Below, in pieces: positions 28,478 through 37,672 of a DNA stretch of 64,000 bases (within the stretch, counting starts at the first letter, position 1; each line of letters begins with the position of its first letter). The stretch covers positions 24,661 to 88,660 of the forward strand of contig CAVHCP010000001.1 in NCBI GenBank assembly GCA_963634825.1. The letters are read 5' to 3'. The notes beneath the pieces are model-generated. The model was not told the origin of the DNA, ran no database searches, and saw only the letters and a list, made by a program, of their open reading frames with translations. Source of the stretch: an uncultured Porphyromonadaceae bacterium. GTDB lineage: Bacteria; Bacillota; Clostridia; Peptostreptococcales; Anaerovoracaceae. The translations under genes and the position numbers were made by a program.

Positions 28478-29470
28478 ATGAACAAAAAACCAAATGTAGC
28501 ACTGGTCGGAGTTACAGGTGTTGTAGGTTCGACATTTTTGAAGGTATTAGGAGAAAGAGATTTTCCTTTTGAAAATCTTTATATGATGGCATCATCAAAA
28601 TCTGCCGGTAAGACGATAAATTTCAAGGGAAAGGACTATATTGTAGAGGAGCTCACAGAGCACAGCTTTGATAAGGATATAGACATCGCCCTATTTTCTG
28701 CGGGCGGAGCTGTAAGCGCAAAATTTGCCCCAATCGCGGCAAAGCATGGCGTGACAGTAGTAGATAACAGTTCTCAGTGGAGAATGGATCCCGAAATTCC
28801 TCTTGTAGTACCGGAAGTAAATCCTGATGACATCAAGTGGAACAAAGGCATTATCGCAAATCCTAACTGTTCGACAATACAGGCTATGATCGTTTTAAAG
28901 CCACTTCACGACAAATATAAGATCAAAAGAGTTGTTTATTCGACATACCAGGCTGTATCAGGCTCAGGAGTTAAGGGTATAAAGGATCTCGAAAACGGTC
29001 TTGCCGGAAATGATACTACTAATGCGTATCCGCATCCTATCGCAGGCAACTGTATACCTCAGATAGATTCTTTTACCGACAACGGATATACTAAAGAAGA
29101 GATGAAGATGATAAACGAAACTCACAAAATCCTCGGTGACGACAGCATCAGGGTTACTGCAACAACAGTCAGAGTGCCTGTTTTTGACAGCCACAGCGAA
29201 TCTATCAATATTGAATTCGAAAAGGATTTTGATTTAGACGAACTCAGGAATGTTTTGAAAAACGCTCCCGGAATTATCGTCCAGGATGATCCCGCAAACA
29301 GCGTTTATCCTCTTGCAAGAGCAGCTGCCGGCACAGACGATGTATATGTCGGTCGTATAAGAAGAGACTTTTCTGTTGACAGTGGAGTAAATCTCTGGGT
29401 TGTTTCGGACAACATCAGAAAAGGTGCCGCGACAAATACAGTACAGATCGCAGAAGAGCTGTTAAAATAG
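28478..29470 (+). CDS. asd: aspartate-semialdehyde dehydrogenase
   Basis: VALVGVTGVVGS NAD(P) fold, active-site Cys in IANPNCSTI, YQAVSGSG. Confidence 0.93.
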   Translation: MNKKPNVALVGVTGVVGSTFLKVLGERDFPFENLYMMASSKSAGKTINFKGKDYIVEELTEHSFDKDIDIALFSAGGAVSAKFAPIAAKHGVTVVDNSSQWRMDPEIPLVVPEVNPDDIKWNKGIIANPNCSTIQAMIVLKPLHDKYKIKRVVYSTYQAVSGSGVKGIKDLENGLAGNDTTNAYPHPIAGNCIPQIDSFTDNGYTKEEMKMINETHKILGDDSIRVTATTVRVPVFDSHSESINIEFEKDFDLDELRNVLKNAPGIIVQDDPANSVYPLARAAAGTDDVYVGRIRRDFSVDSGVNLWVVSDNIRKGAATNTVQIAEELLK

Positions 29471-29493
29471 GGATTTATAACACATTTATAACT

Positions 29494-29705
29494 ATGGTGC
29501 CGGCAAGAGAATTATATCTCCCTTGCAATTTCGCAGGCACAGTCTGCAATTGCCAGCGAAACGAGCTTGGGAGCGGAAAAGCGTCAGCAATGTTTGAGCA
29601 CCAAAGGTACGAGTTTTGCTGACGCTCCGCGAGCCTGTGAATGAGCTTACGCTATTGCCTGTGCCGAGAACTGCAAGGGAGATATAATTCTCTTGCCGGC
29701 ACCAT
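29494..29705. repeat. 212-nt long palindromic element with perfect 34-nt terminal inverted repeats (MITE-like or structured 3'-UTR element)
   Basis: ATGGTGCCGGCAAGAGAATTATATCTCCCTTGCA (29494-29527) is the exact reverse complement of 29672-29705. The 144-nt interior also pairs imperfectly (GGCACAG/CTGTGCC, AGCGTCAGCAA/TTGCTGACGCT). Confidence 0.85.
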
Positions 29706-29730
29706 TTATAGAAAACTGTATAACAAAAAC

Positions 29731-29765
29731 AAAAAATCAGACGTCACGTACTGTCTGATTTTTTG
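29731..29765 (+). terminator. intrinsic terminator after asd (bidirectional shape)
   Basis: AAAAAATCAGAC-N10-GTCTGATTTTTT. Confidence 0.7.
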
Positions 29766-29924
29766 AATGAGTCGTTATATAGAGAGGTTAATTTATATGT
29801 GGACTACACGCTCCATAGTCCTGTGTTACTTGTTAATATCTTTCCTATCACTTTCACACAACCATAGTATAGAATATCTTGGTGACAGGCTCGTGACTTT
29901 TATATAAACAAAACGTCACAAAAG

Positions 29925-29957
29925 AAAAAACCGACTTGCAATTTGTAAGTCGGTTTG
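29925..29957 (-). terminator. intrinsic terminator after rpmF
   Basis: Minus strand reads AAACCGACTTACAAATTGCAAGTCGGTTTTTT, 11 nt after the stop. Confidence 0.75.
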
Positions 29958-29967
29958 ATTTTCTTAA

Positions 29968-30144
29968 TTATTCTGCCATAACATCCTTGCCATCATAGTA
30001 GTTGCAATTTGGACAAACTCTATGTGGAAGCTTAGGCTCATGACACTGTGGACATTCTGATAAGCCCGGAGCCTTCATTTTCATATTTGGTGCTCTTCTG
30101 CTGTCTCTTTTTGATTTTGAAGTTTTTCTCTTAGGTACTGCCAT
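29968..30144 (-). CDS. rpmF: 50S ribosomal protein L32
   Basis: [18 protein letters not shown]...[20 protein letters not shown]. Start moved to the ATG at 30144, preceded by GAAGGAGGTG. Confidence 0.95.
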   Translation of the reverse strand: MAVPKRKTSKSKRDSRRAPNMKMKAPGLSECPQCHEPKLPHRVCPNCNYYDGKDVMAE

Positions 30145-30202
30145 TTCTACACCTCCTTCGAACTTAATATCTATTGAAATTTTAGTAATTTGCAACTATT
30201 AG

Positions 30203-30231
30203 AGTATACAACACTTAAAATTGCGTGTCAA
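30203..30231 (-). promoter_or_regulatory. putative rpmF promoter
   Basis: Minus strand reads TTGACA-17 nt-TATACT. Confidence 0.55.
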
Positions 30232-30326
30232 CTGTTTTCTGTCGGTCTTTTCTGTCAAGAAAAATTATGCCACTACAGTTTGCTATTCATCATTGCAATA
30301 TAATGATATTTATATTTTGTAGTCAA

Positions 30327-33116
30327 TTAAATGTTACTCAGCTGTTGCATAAGCTTTACAATATCGTCGCCGTAAGTCTTGCTTGATGCCCATTTACCGC
30401 TAAGATCCTCTACATATGGCGCACTGCCTCTTGTCACATACTTAAATCTCACATCTACACATGTATTTTTCAATGCGTCTTTGTTCGCATATGCCTTGAG
30501 ATGCTGTATCTGCGCCCGTATACCTGTTCTTACATCCTCAAATGTATTTGCATTTGTAGGATTCGAATCTACAGCTCCAAGACCTGCAAAATTAAACTGT
30601 GTTGCCTTAACATCGCCCTTGTATTGTAGCCATCCTGTTTCATTCATGGCTTGACAAAATGCTACATCCACATTGATATTTTCGGCTTTTGCTTCCTCTA
30701 CATAAATTTGACAAAACTTTTCTAAGGTTGTTGCCTCTGTATCCTTTTTGGAAGCATTAGCTACTTTGTAGTAATCCGCATACTCTATAGGGCTATATTC
30801 ATTATAAAATTTTGCTAACTCCTTCGCAGTCGTACTTACCTGCCCTGTAATAGGATGCTTGCTTGTCTGCGTTACCAGATATCCGTCGCTGTCGAATGTG
30901 TAATTTTTAGAGCCTATGGTTTTGGTGCCTGTTACAAGCTGCCCACCACCGAGGCTGTATGCCTTTTTGCCTTCATATCCGGTTCCGCTATACTTTATCC
31001 AGCCTGAAGCATATCCGTATCCATTTACTCCTTTATCGCAATAAAATTGGTATGGTTTGCCATTTATTATTTGATGTCCATTTAGCTGATATCCATTGCT
31101 GTCAAATGCGTAATACTTTGTGCCTATTATAACATATCCTGTCTTTAATGCTCCTCCTCCTGTGCTATATGCATACTTGCCTTCATATCCGGTTCCGCTA
31201 TACTTTATCCAGCCTGAAGCATATCCGTATCCATTTACTCCTTTATCGCAATAAAATTGGTATGGTTTGCCATTTATTATTTGATGTCCATTTAGCTGAT
31301 ATCCATTGCTGTCAAATGCGTAATACTTTCCCCCTATATTTACATATCCTGTAGCATATTTTTGCGTATCGTAATATTTAAATCTTGCTGATTTGGTTGT
31401 GATTTCCCACTCGCCTACTAAAAAACCATCGGTGTCGAAATAATATTGAGTTCCATCTATTGTGTATTTACCTGTTACAAGTTGTCCGCCACCAAGACTA
31501 TATCCTTTTTTGCCTTCATAACTCGCTCCACTATAATTTATCCAGCCTTCTGCATATCCGTATCCGTTTGACCCTTTATCGCAATAAAATTGATATGGCT
31601 TGCCATTTATCATTTGATGATCGTTTTGCTGGTTTCCATTATTGTCAAAGTAATAATACTTGCCCTTTATACACACATATCCTTTAGCATAACTGCCGTC
31701 CGCATACTGATAGCGTGCCTTACCGCTGACAGTCACCCATTTGCCCTGTTGTAATCCGAAGAAATTAGCTATGCCTTGAGCGTCCGCAACTCCAAGCTTT
31801 TGCTGACCTGTTGCTGTTTTTAAGAAAGTAGTTGCGTCGCTTTTATTGCTGATAAATGCATGCTCAATTATGATGCCGGGGAAGCCCTGCGCTTGCGAAG
31901 TCTTTACAACCGCATAGTCGTCATTTACTTTAATTCCTCTATTTCTGAGACCGAGTGCCTTAAGCTGGTCCTGTATTTTTTGCGCAAGTGCCTTGCCTTC
32001 TTTCGACTCAGAATGGTAATAAACCTCTGCACCGTTAGCGCTCTCCTGTTCAAAAGAATTTAAATGAATGCTGACAAACGCATTGGCGCCCTTCGTCTTT
32101 GCCCATTTAACGCGCTGTACGATGTCATCGATGTTGTCCTTCGAATTTGGGAATGGACAAGCCGCTGTAGTTCTTGTCAAATATACTGTTACACCATCAT
32201 ATTTTTCGAGCTCTGCCTTGCAATATTGCGCAATTTTTAGGGTAATATCCTCTTCCTTTAGACCATTGCCCGTTGCGCCTTTGTGTGTGCTGTCGTGACC
32301 CGGATCCAAAACTATCACCACATCTTTTGAAGCCGCAGTTGCTTTCACAAAAACCATACTAAGTAAAGATTTCAAAAGGCTTTGCTGCTCTGATGATGCC
32401 TGTGAAGTTGTCAAAGTAGCCTGTGTTTGCAACATCTGTGTAACATTCGTAGTAATTGTTTGCGTATTTGTGGTATTCGCTTGAACTATTCCATCACTTT
32501 GGTCTGAAGTACTTGAAGCCTCATTGGCAGAGCCGGTTGCTTCAGTTTGCTCCTCATTTAGCTCGTCGATAGTTGTATCTTCTACCACAGTGCCGTTGCC
32601 TAAAATAACATCCGGCTTGACACTGCTCTTGTAATCCATATCAACGCCAAAATATGCTTCTTTATCGGCATCCTTCAGCTTTATTATCTTTGCTGTGCCG
32701 TCCTGTACAAAAGTCACAGCCGAAACCTTATAAGATCCTTTATCCTCAGATGTAAAAGATTTAGTAAATAAAAATGCTCCGTCTTCACTTTTTGCGCTTT
32801 CCCATAACTTTAGCTCACCGTTGTTTTTGCTATATTGCAATTTGACATCGCTGATATCATTTGCATTTTCGTTAAATGAAACCACTATGTTTTGTGTTGC
32901 CGGAGTTTCGACTTTTGTTGTTTCTATATAAAAATAGTTTAGCAACTCTGCATCTGCCTCTTTATAGTTTGTCTGGACCAGCTCGCTTGTCTCAGATCCG
33001 CTGTTTTGAGAAGCGGTCATACTTTGCTCTGCCGCATATACAACGCCAAAGCCACCACTTGTCATTAGCATTGTAAATATTGCTATAAATGCTATTTTTC
33101 TCTTAAACCTCTGCAT
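30327..33116 (-). CDS. secreted bifunctional autolysin: N-acetylmuramoyl-L-alanine amidase (Amidase_3), cell-wall-binding repeats, and C-terminal N-acetylglucosaminidase
   Basis: Signal peptide MQRFKRKIAFIAIFTMLMTSGGFGVVYA. Amidase_3 core VIVLDPGHDSTHKGATGNGLKEEDITL...VSIHLNS. YYFDxNG-type repeats. Glucosaminidase core FCQAMNETGWLQY...FNFAGLGA. Start placed at the ATG at 33116; the track start is a TTG. Confidence 0.85.
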   Translation of the reverse strand: MQRFKRKIAFIAIFTMLMTSGGFGVVYAAEQSMTASQNSGSETSELVQTNYKEADAELLNYFYIETTKVETPATQNIVVSFNENANDISDVKLQYSKNNGELKLWESAKSEDGAFLFTKSFTSEDKGSYKVSAVTFVQDGTAKIIKLKDADKEAYFGVDMDYKSSVKPDVILGNGTVVEDTTIDELNEEQTEATGSANEASSTSDQSDGIVQANTTNTQTITTNVTQMLQTQATLTTSQASSEQQSLLKSLLSMVFVKATAASKDVVIVLDPGHDSTHKGATGNGLKEEDITLKIAQYCKAELEKYDGVTVYLTRTTAACPFPNSKDNIDDIVQRVKWAKTKGANAFVSIHLNSFEQESANGAEVYYHSESKEGKALAQKIQDQLKALGLRNRGIKVNDDYAVVKTSQAQGFPGIIIEHAFISNKSDATTFLKTATGQQKLGVADAQGIANFFGLQQGKWVTVSGKARYQYADGSYAKGYVCIKGKYYYFDNNGNQQNDHQMINGKPYQFYCDKGSNGYGYAEGWINYSGASYEGKKGYSLGGGQLVTGKYTIDGTQYYFDTDGFLVGEWEITTKSARFKYYDTQKYATGYVNIGGKYYAFDSNGYQLNGHQIINGKPYQFYCDKGVNGYGYASGWIKYSGTGYEGKYAYSTGGGALKTGYVIIGTKYYAFDSNGYQLNGHQIINGKPYQFYCDKGVNGYGYASGWIKYSGTGYEGKKAYSLGGGQLVTGTKTIGSKNYTFDSDGYLVTQTSKHPITGQVSTTAKELAKFYNEYSPIEYADYYKVANASKKDTEATTLEKFCQIYVEEAKAENINVDVAFCQAMNETGWLQYKGDVKATQFNFAGLGAVDSNPTNANTFEDVRTGIRAQIQHLKAYANKDALKNTCVDVRFKYVTRGSAPYVEDLSGKWASSKTYGDDIVKLMQQLSNI
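30967..31329. repeat. intragenic tandem duplication: 153-bp perfect copies with a 210-bp period (70-aa wall-binding module)
   Basis: 30967-31119 is identical to 31177-31329 as read from the sequence. A third, diverged copy lies at about 31480-31650. Confidence 0.9.
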
Positions 33117-33329
33117 AATAAACTCTCTTTCGATTTGCAATTCACAATTTTTTAATTTAATATTTTTAATTTACATAATTTAGGCTATTTTAACTTAAAA
33201 TGGTTATCCTGTAAAGCATTATAAAGCAAAATAAATCGCCTTTTAAAGGTTTATTATACACTTTTAGAAGGCGATTTGCAAATTTTGGTTTTTTTATTTT
33301 GTAGCAATGATAGAAAAATCTATATTTGA

Positions 33330-34526
33330 TTATTTATTGCTTGCAAGCTTTAGTGTGTCTCTTGCAATCATAAGTTCCTCATCTGTTGGGATAAGCAATA
33401 CTTTTACTTTAGAATCGTCGGTTGAGATAACTTTTTCCTCACCTCTGATATCATTTTTAGCCAAATCAAGCTTGATGCCGAGGTTGTCAAGACCGTCGCA
33501 AATCTTTTCGCGCATAGCCTTGTCATTTTCGCCTATTCCTGCTGTAAATACGATAGCATCTGCGCCATTTAGCTCTGCAATATATGCGCCGATATATCTT
33601 TTAACTCTGTGTGCAAATGCGTCTATTGCAAGCTGTGCTCTCTTGTTTCCCTGCTCTGCCGCATCCTCAAGATCTCTGAAGTCAGACGAAACGCCTGAGA
33701 TACCAAATACGCCTGATTTTTTATTTAATACATCGTTTATGCCGTTGTTATCAAGTCCTTCTTTTTCTGCTATATATGTTACGATTGCAGGATCTATATC
33801 ACCGCATCTTGTACCCATAACAAGGCCTTCAAGCGGAGTAAATCCCATAGAAGTATCTATGCATTTGCCATTTTTAATTGCGGCTACAGATGCACCGTTT
33901 CCAAGATGACATGTCACTATTTTGAGTTCTTCTACGCTCTTGCCAAGCATTTTTGCGGCTCTGAGCGAAACATATTTGTGAGATGTGCCATGGAATCCAT
34001 ATCTTCTAACCCTGTATTTTTCGTAATATTCGTATGGAAGCGCATATATAAATGATTCTTCCGGCATTGTCTGGTGAAAAGCTGTATCAAATGCGGCTAC
34101 CATAGGTGTATTTGGCATAAGCTCTCTGCAGGCATTGATACCAAGCAGATTTGCAGGATTATGTAGTGGTGCAAGCTCTACGCATTCCTCGATGCTCTTC
34201 AGTAGTGCATCGTCGATCAAAGCTGATTTGTCATTTTTTTCTCCGCCGTGAGCAACTCTGTGTCCTACTGCACCAATTTCGGAAAGATCGCTTACAACTC
34301 CGTGCTCTTTGTCAAGTATAGCATCTAAAACAAGTCCGATTGCTACCTTGTGAGTATCGATAGGAAGCTCTTTTTTGAATTTTTCGCCGTTTTTTTCGTG
34401 TGTTATAACGGCTGTCTCCATACCGATCCTCTCTACAAGACCCTTTGCCAACAGAGTCTCGTTTGTCATATCAAGCACTTGATACTTAAGTGATGAGCTT
34501 CCGCAGTTAATTACTAAAACTTTCAT
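33330..34526 (-). CDS. ackA: acetate kinase
   Basis: [29 protein letters not shown]. Start moved to the ATG at 34526, because the GGAGG SD lies inside the ORF-track extension. Confidence 0.95.
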   Translation of the reverse strand: MKVLVINCGSSSLKYQVLDMTNETLLAKGLVERIGMETAVITHEKNGEKFKKELPIDTHKVAIGLVLDAILDKEHGVVSDLSEIGAVGHRVAHGGEKNDKSALIDDALLKSIEECVELAPLHNPANLLGINACRELMPNTPMVAAFDTAFHQTMPEESFIYALPYEYYEKYRVRRYGFHGTSHKYVSLRAAKMLGKSVEELKIVTCHLGNGASVAAIKNGKCIDTSMGFTPLEGLVMGTRCGDIDPAIVTYIAEKEGLDNNGINDVLNKKSGVFGISGVSSDFRDLEDAAEQGNKRAQLAIDAFAHRVKRYIGAYIAELNGADAIVFTAGIGENDKAMREKICDGLDNLGIKLDLAKNDIRGEEKVISTDDSKVKVLLIPTDEELMIARDTLKLASNK

Positions 34527-34763
34527 TTGTAATACCTCCATTTGTTTTCAAATCGCAGTTTTAAATATTTTATAACGCCATTTTACCGTTTGTCAGTATT
34601 TAATGGCTTTTTGTTAACATGAAACGGTTATCGTATACCAAATAGTCTTTTCATGCGACAGCTTTCTGTTTTTTTTCTTTTATGTTATTATATTTATTGT
34701 AATTTTTATGATGTTTGTGATTAAAGATAAGTTTTTAATCATTTTTCGTTTACATAAAACTTG

Positions 34764-36044
34764 TTATTGTACGATTATCGGTCTCTGTACATAATCGCTA
34801 GATTTATATAAATCATTTTTCGCCAGCAAATTATATATGTCGGTTGCACGTATATCCGTCTGTAGCATTCTTTTTGCAGTGTCGCTTGCCCTATTTACGT
34901 TTGTAATTATATCATATTTAGGCTCGCCTTCGTTTTTTATTTTTTTTAGTAGCTCGCTTCCGTTTTTATTAAAGCCGAGAACCCTTACATATCTCGGCGC
35001 AGGTTCACTTTTCGCAAGTCCTACAACAATCTGCGTACATATCCTATTTATCCTTGTATATGGATACCTCTTGCTCTTTACACGCTTTATCAGCTCATCA
35101 AGGTTATTTGCATATCTTAACTCGCTTTTAAGCTTGTTTTCTAGGCCCTCGCCTATCGAAAATACCTCTCTAAGCTCTCCTTCGCTTCGTGAGAGAATAT
35201 CACTGCGCAAAATATTAAAGTATATTTCATTGTCACAAAAGACCAGCTTGTCGCTTTTTCGTTCTAAAATTTCTTTTGTGCCTTTCGGTAAGAAATCAGT
35301 CGCTGTTATCTTACTGCTTGCCGATATGCCATATATCTCTTTTAATTTTTCGCGTGCAAGTATACCGCTCGTAAGCATATCCTTGCAATCGTCTGTTTTT
35401 ATTTCGCTCTCTGTGTCTAATGCTCTGTCACTCAGTTCCGTTCCGTTATGCGCTGTGCCTGCTCTTTTTATGCCTATCGGCACTATCTCAAGGCCCTTTT
35501 TCTTTATTGCTTTTAAATATTCAATCGCAAGCACATTATTTGGCTTTGTCAAAATTTTAGAATCGATATCAAAAGCCCTCTCGTCTATTTTCTCAAATGC
35601 CAGCTGCAGTGCTTTTGAATACTGACATCCACTCGCCATATTTTTTTTGATTTCCTCAGTCAGTTTTTCGGATTTATCTGTGATAATCTCTGCAATTTTA
35701 TCCAGTTTATCTGTTTCCCCGCTCTCACACCCAAATCCGAGATGTGTCACAACACCAAGTGCCTCTATGATATCTATAGCGCCTGTCGCAAAATACTCCG
35801 CCGAGTTGCAAGCATAATAAAATGGTAATTCAATCACAAGATCCGCTCCTGCCTTCAGCGCCATATTTGCCCTGCTTTGCTTATCCAAAATCGCAGGCTC
35901 GCCTCTTTGTGTAAAATTACCACTCATAATTATCACAACAAAATCAGCTTTTGATTTTTTTTTGCATTCTTCAAGCTGATACAGATGTCCGAAATGGAAT
36001 GGGTTGTATTCCGCAATTATAGCAAGTATATTACTCTTCGCCAT
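34764..36044 (-). CDS. tmcAL: tRNA(Met) cytidine acetate ligase (YlbM/UPF0348 nucleotidyltransferase)
   Basis: N-terminus ILAIIAEYNPFHFGHLYQLEE..VVIIMSGNFTQRGEPAILDK matches the TmcAL/YlbM family. Confidence 0.8.
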   Translation of the reverse strand: MAKSNILAIIAEYNPFHFGHLYQLEECKKKSKADFVVIIMSGNFTQRGEPAILDKQSRANMALKAGADLVIELPFYYACNSAEYFATGAIDIIEALGVVTHLGFGCESGETDKLDKIAEIITDKSEKLTEEIKKNMASGCQYSKALQLAFEKIDERAFDIDSKILTKPNNVLAIEYLKAIKKKGLEIVPIGIKRAGTAHNGTELSDRALDTESEIKTDDCKDMLTSGILAREKLKEIYGISASSKITATDFLPKGTKEILERKSDKLVFCDNEIYFNILRSDILSRSEGELREVFSIGEGLENKLKSELRYANNLDELIKRVKSKRYPYTRINRICTQIVVGLAKSEPAPRYVRVLGFNKNGSELLKKIKNEGEPKYDIITNVNRASDTAKRMLQTDIRATDIYNLLAKNDLYKSSDYVQRPIIVQ

Positions 36045-36579
36045 TTGTATTATTATCTTTTCCTACCTGTGTCTTATATGCCATTTCCTTTATCTCATCT
36101 CTGTTGCTTTTTAGCATATTTTCGACTTTCGCAAATGTACCGTCGATATCGTCAAACATCTTTACATACATAGCATTTAGCTCTCCCATTCTCTCTTGGA
36201 AGTTATATAAAACGCTATCTACATAATCATATGCACCCATTTTGAGATGCTTTATGTTTTCCTCTGTGATTTGCATCAAATTGTCTGCACGCTTTTGTGC
36301 CTGAGTAAGAATAACATTTTTTTCTACGAGACTTTCGGCATGCCTTTTTGCATCATTTACAACTGTCTCATATTCTTTTTTTGCTTCAGAAAGAATCCTA
36401 TCCTTTTCGCTTTGAATCCACCTTGCCTGCTTTATTTCGTCCGGCAAACATGATTCTATCTCGTTTAATATTCCTACGATTTCCTCGCCGTCTACCATTA
36501 CCTTGCCGGTCAAAGGTACTCCGGATGCTGTATTTACAATTTCTTCTATTTCTTTGATCAATTCGTCAATTCTCATCAT
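36031..36579 (-). CDS. conserved coiled-coil protein of unknown function (often annotated ATPase/V-ATPase subunit H-like)
   Basis: 182 aa, heptad-rich and acidic. 14-nt overlaps with both neighbours, coaD and tmcAL. No catalytic motif seen. Confidence 0.55.
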   Translation of the reverse strand: MMRIDELIKEIEEIVNTASGVPLTGKVMVDGEEIVGILNEIESCLPDEIKQARWIQSEKDRILSEAKKEYETVVNDAKRHAESLVEKNVILTQAQKRADNLMQITEENIKHLKMGAYDYVDSVLYNFQERMGELNAMYVKMFDDIDGTFAKVENMLKSNRDEIKEMAYKTQVGKDNNTNGEE

Positions 36580-37054
36580 TTTTCTTTTCCTCCATAACCT
36601 TTAAAACTTCATCCGGCACAAGCCCTTTTATGTTTCCTCCAAGCGAATGAACTTCTTTTGCCATGCTTGAGCTTATGAATGAATATTTTGGATCCGTCAT
36701 CAAAAACACGGTCTCGACCTTGTTGTTATACAGTATTGCATTCATCTGCGCCATATGTATCTCATTGTCAAAATCCACCATACCGCGTAAGCCTCTGATA
36801 ACCATATCAAAGCCGTTATCATTTACATACTCTGCCAAAAGACCCTCAAATGCCTCAACTTTGATATTTGGTATATCCTTCATCGTTTTTTTGATCATAT
36901 CTACACGCTCCGAAGCTGTAAAATAAGGCTTTTTTTGAGGATTGGATATGACCCCGACAACGAGCTCATCACACAGTTTTGCGCCTCTTTTTATTAAATT
37001 TGCGTGACCGCATGTAAGTGGATCAAAGGATCCCGCATACAAAGCTTTTTTCAT
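36566..37054 (-). CDS. coaD: phosphopantetheine adenylyltransferase
   Basis: ALYAGSFDPLTCGHANLI (T/HxGH nucleotidyltransferase motif); 162 aa. Confidence 0.93.
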   Translation of the reverse strand: MKKALYAGSFDPLTCGHANLIKRGAKLCDELVVGVISNPQKKPYFTASERVDMIKKTMKDIPNIKVEAFEGLLAEYVNDNGFDMVIRGLRGMVDFDNEIHMAQMNAILYNNKVETVFLMTDPKYSFISSSMAKEVHSLGGNIKGLVPDEVLKVMEEKKNDEN

Positions 37055-37089
37055 CTTTTTTACTCCCTAAAAAATATCGTTTAATTATA

Positions 37090-37626
37090 TCATATATAAA
37101 ATGACAATACAATTCTGCCATATTTTTTCTCTTTGAATTTATTATACTTTTCTATATTCTCCGGCAGCTTATCATCCTTATGATGCTCTATAACTATAAT
37201 CCCTCCGTCTTTAAGGCTTTCGCTCATAGCTATCGCCTTTACAGCCTCAAGCTCTATGCCTTTGCTGTACGGCGGATCGAGGAAAAATATATCTATTTTT
37301 TCGTCAATCTTTTGAAGTGCGTTTTCGAAGCTACCTAAAATAAATTCGCTATCTGTATCTGCTTTGCATTTTATGGCATTACTCTTTATTAGTCGCATAC
37401 TTGCAGGTGATGCGTCTATAAAATAGCATTTTTTTGCACCTCTCGAAAGGGCCTCTATACCGATGCCTCCGGTGCCTGCAAACATATCACAAAAGACAGC
37501 ATCTTCAATATCGTACATTAAAATTGAAAATAATGCTTCTTTTACCTTGTCACTGGTCGGTCTGACTTTATCATCCATCGGAGCCTCAAGTCGCCTGCCC
37601 TTGTATTTGCCTGCAATAACTCTCAT
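37090..37626 (-). CDS. rsmD: 16S rRNA (guanine966-N2)-methyltransferase
   Basis: RPTSDKVKEALFSIL, SAM motif DMFAGTGGIGIEALSRGA, and DPPY. Confidence 0.88.
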   Translation of the reverse strand: MRVIAGKYKGRRLEAPMDDKVRPTSDKVKEALFSILMYDIEDAVFCDMFAGTGGIGIEALSRGAKKCYFIDASPASMRLIKSNAIKCKADTDSEFILGSFENALQKIDEKIDIFFLDPPYSKGIELEAVKAIAMSESLKDGGIIVIEHHKDDKLPENIEKYNKFKEKKYGRIVLSFYI

Positions 37627-37672
37627 AAATTACCTCTCGTTAAAAAATTATTTATACAAACAAAAAGCCACT

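Noticed and set aside
29494-29705. 6S RNA or other long-hairpin ncRNA; CRISPR repeat
   Set aside because: 6S RNA has an irregular stem with a large central bubble and its own promoter. Here the outer 34 bp are perfectly paired and no promoter is evident. The element is a single inverted pair, not a direct-repeat array.
33307-33909. 200-aa plus-strand ORF
   Set aside because: It is antisense to ackA, so it is a shadow ORF.
34620-34633. CcpA cre site (TGAAACGGTTATCG) upstream of ackA
   Set aside because: It has two mismatches to TGWAANCGNTNWCA, including one in the central CG. That is too weak to call without a genome-wide model.
34837-35625. 262-aa plus-strand ORF
   Set aside because: It is antisense to tmcAL (ylbM homologue). 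It has the same shadow-ORF composition and no translation signals.
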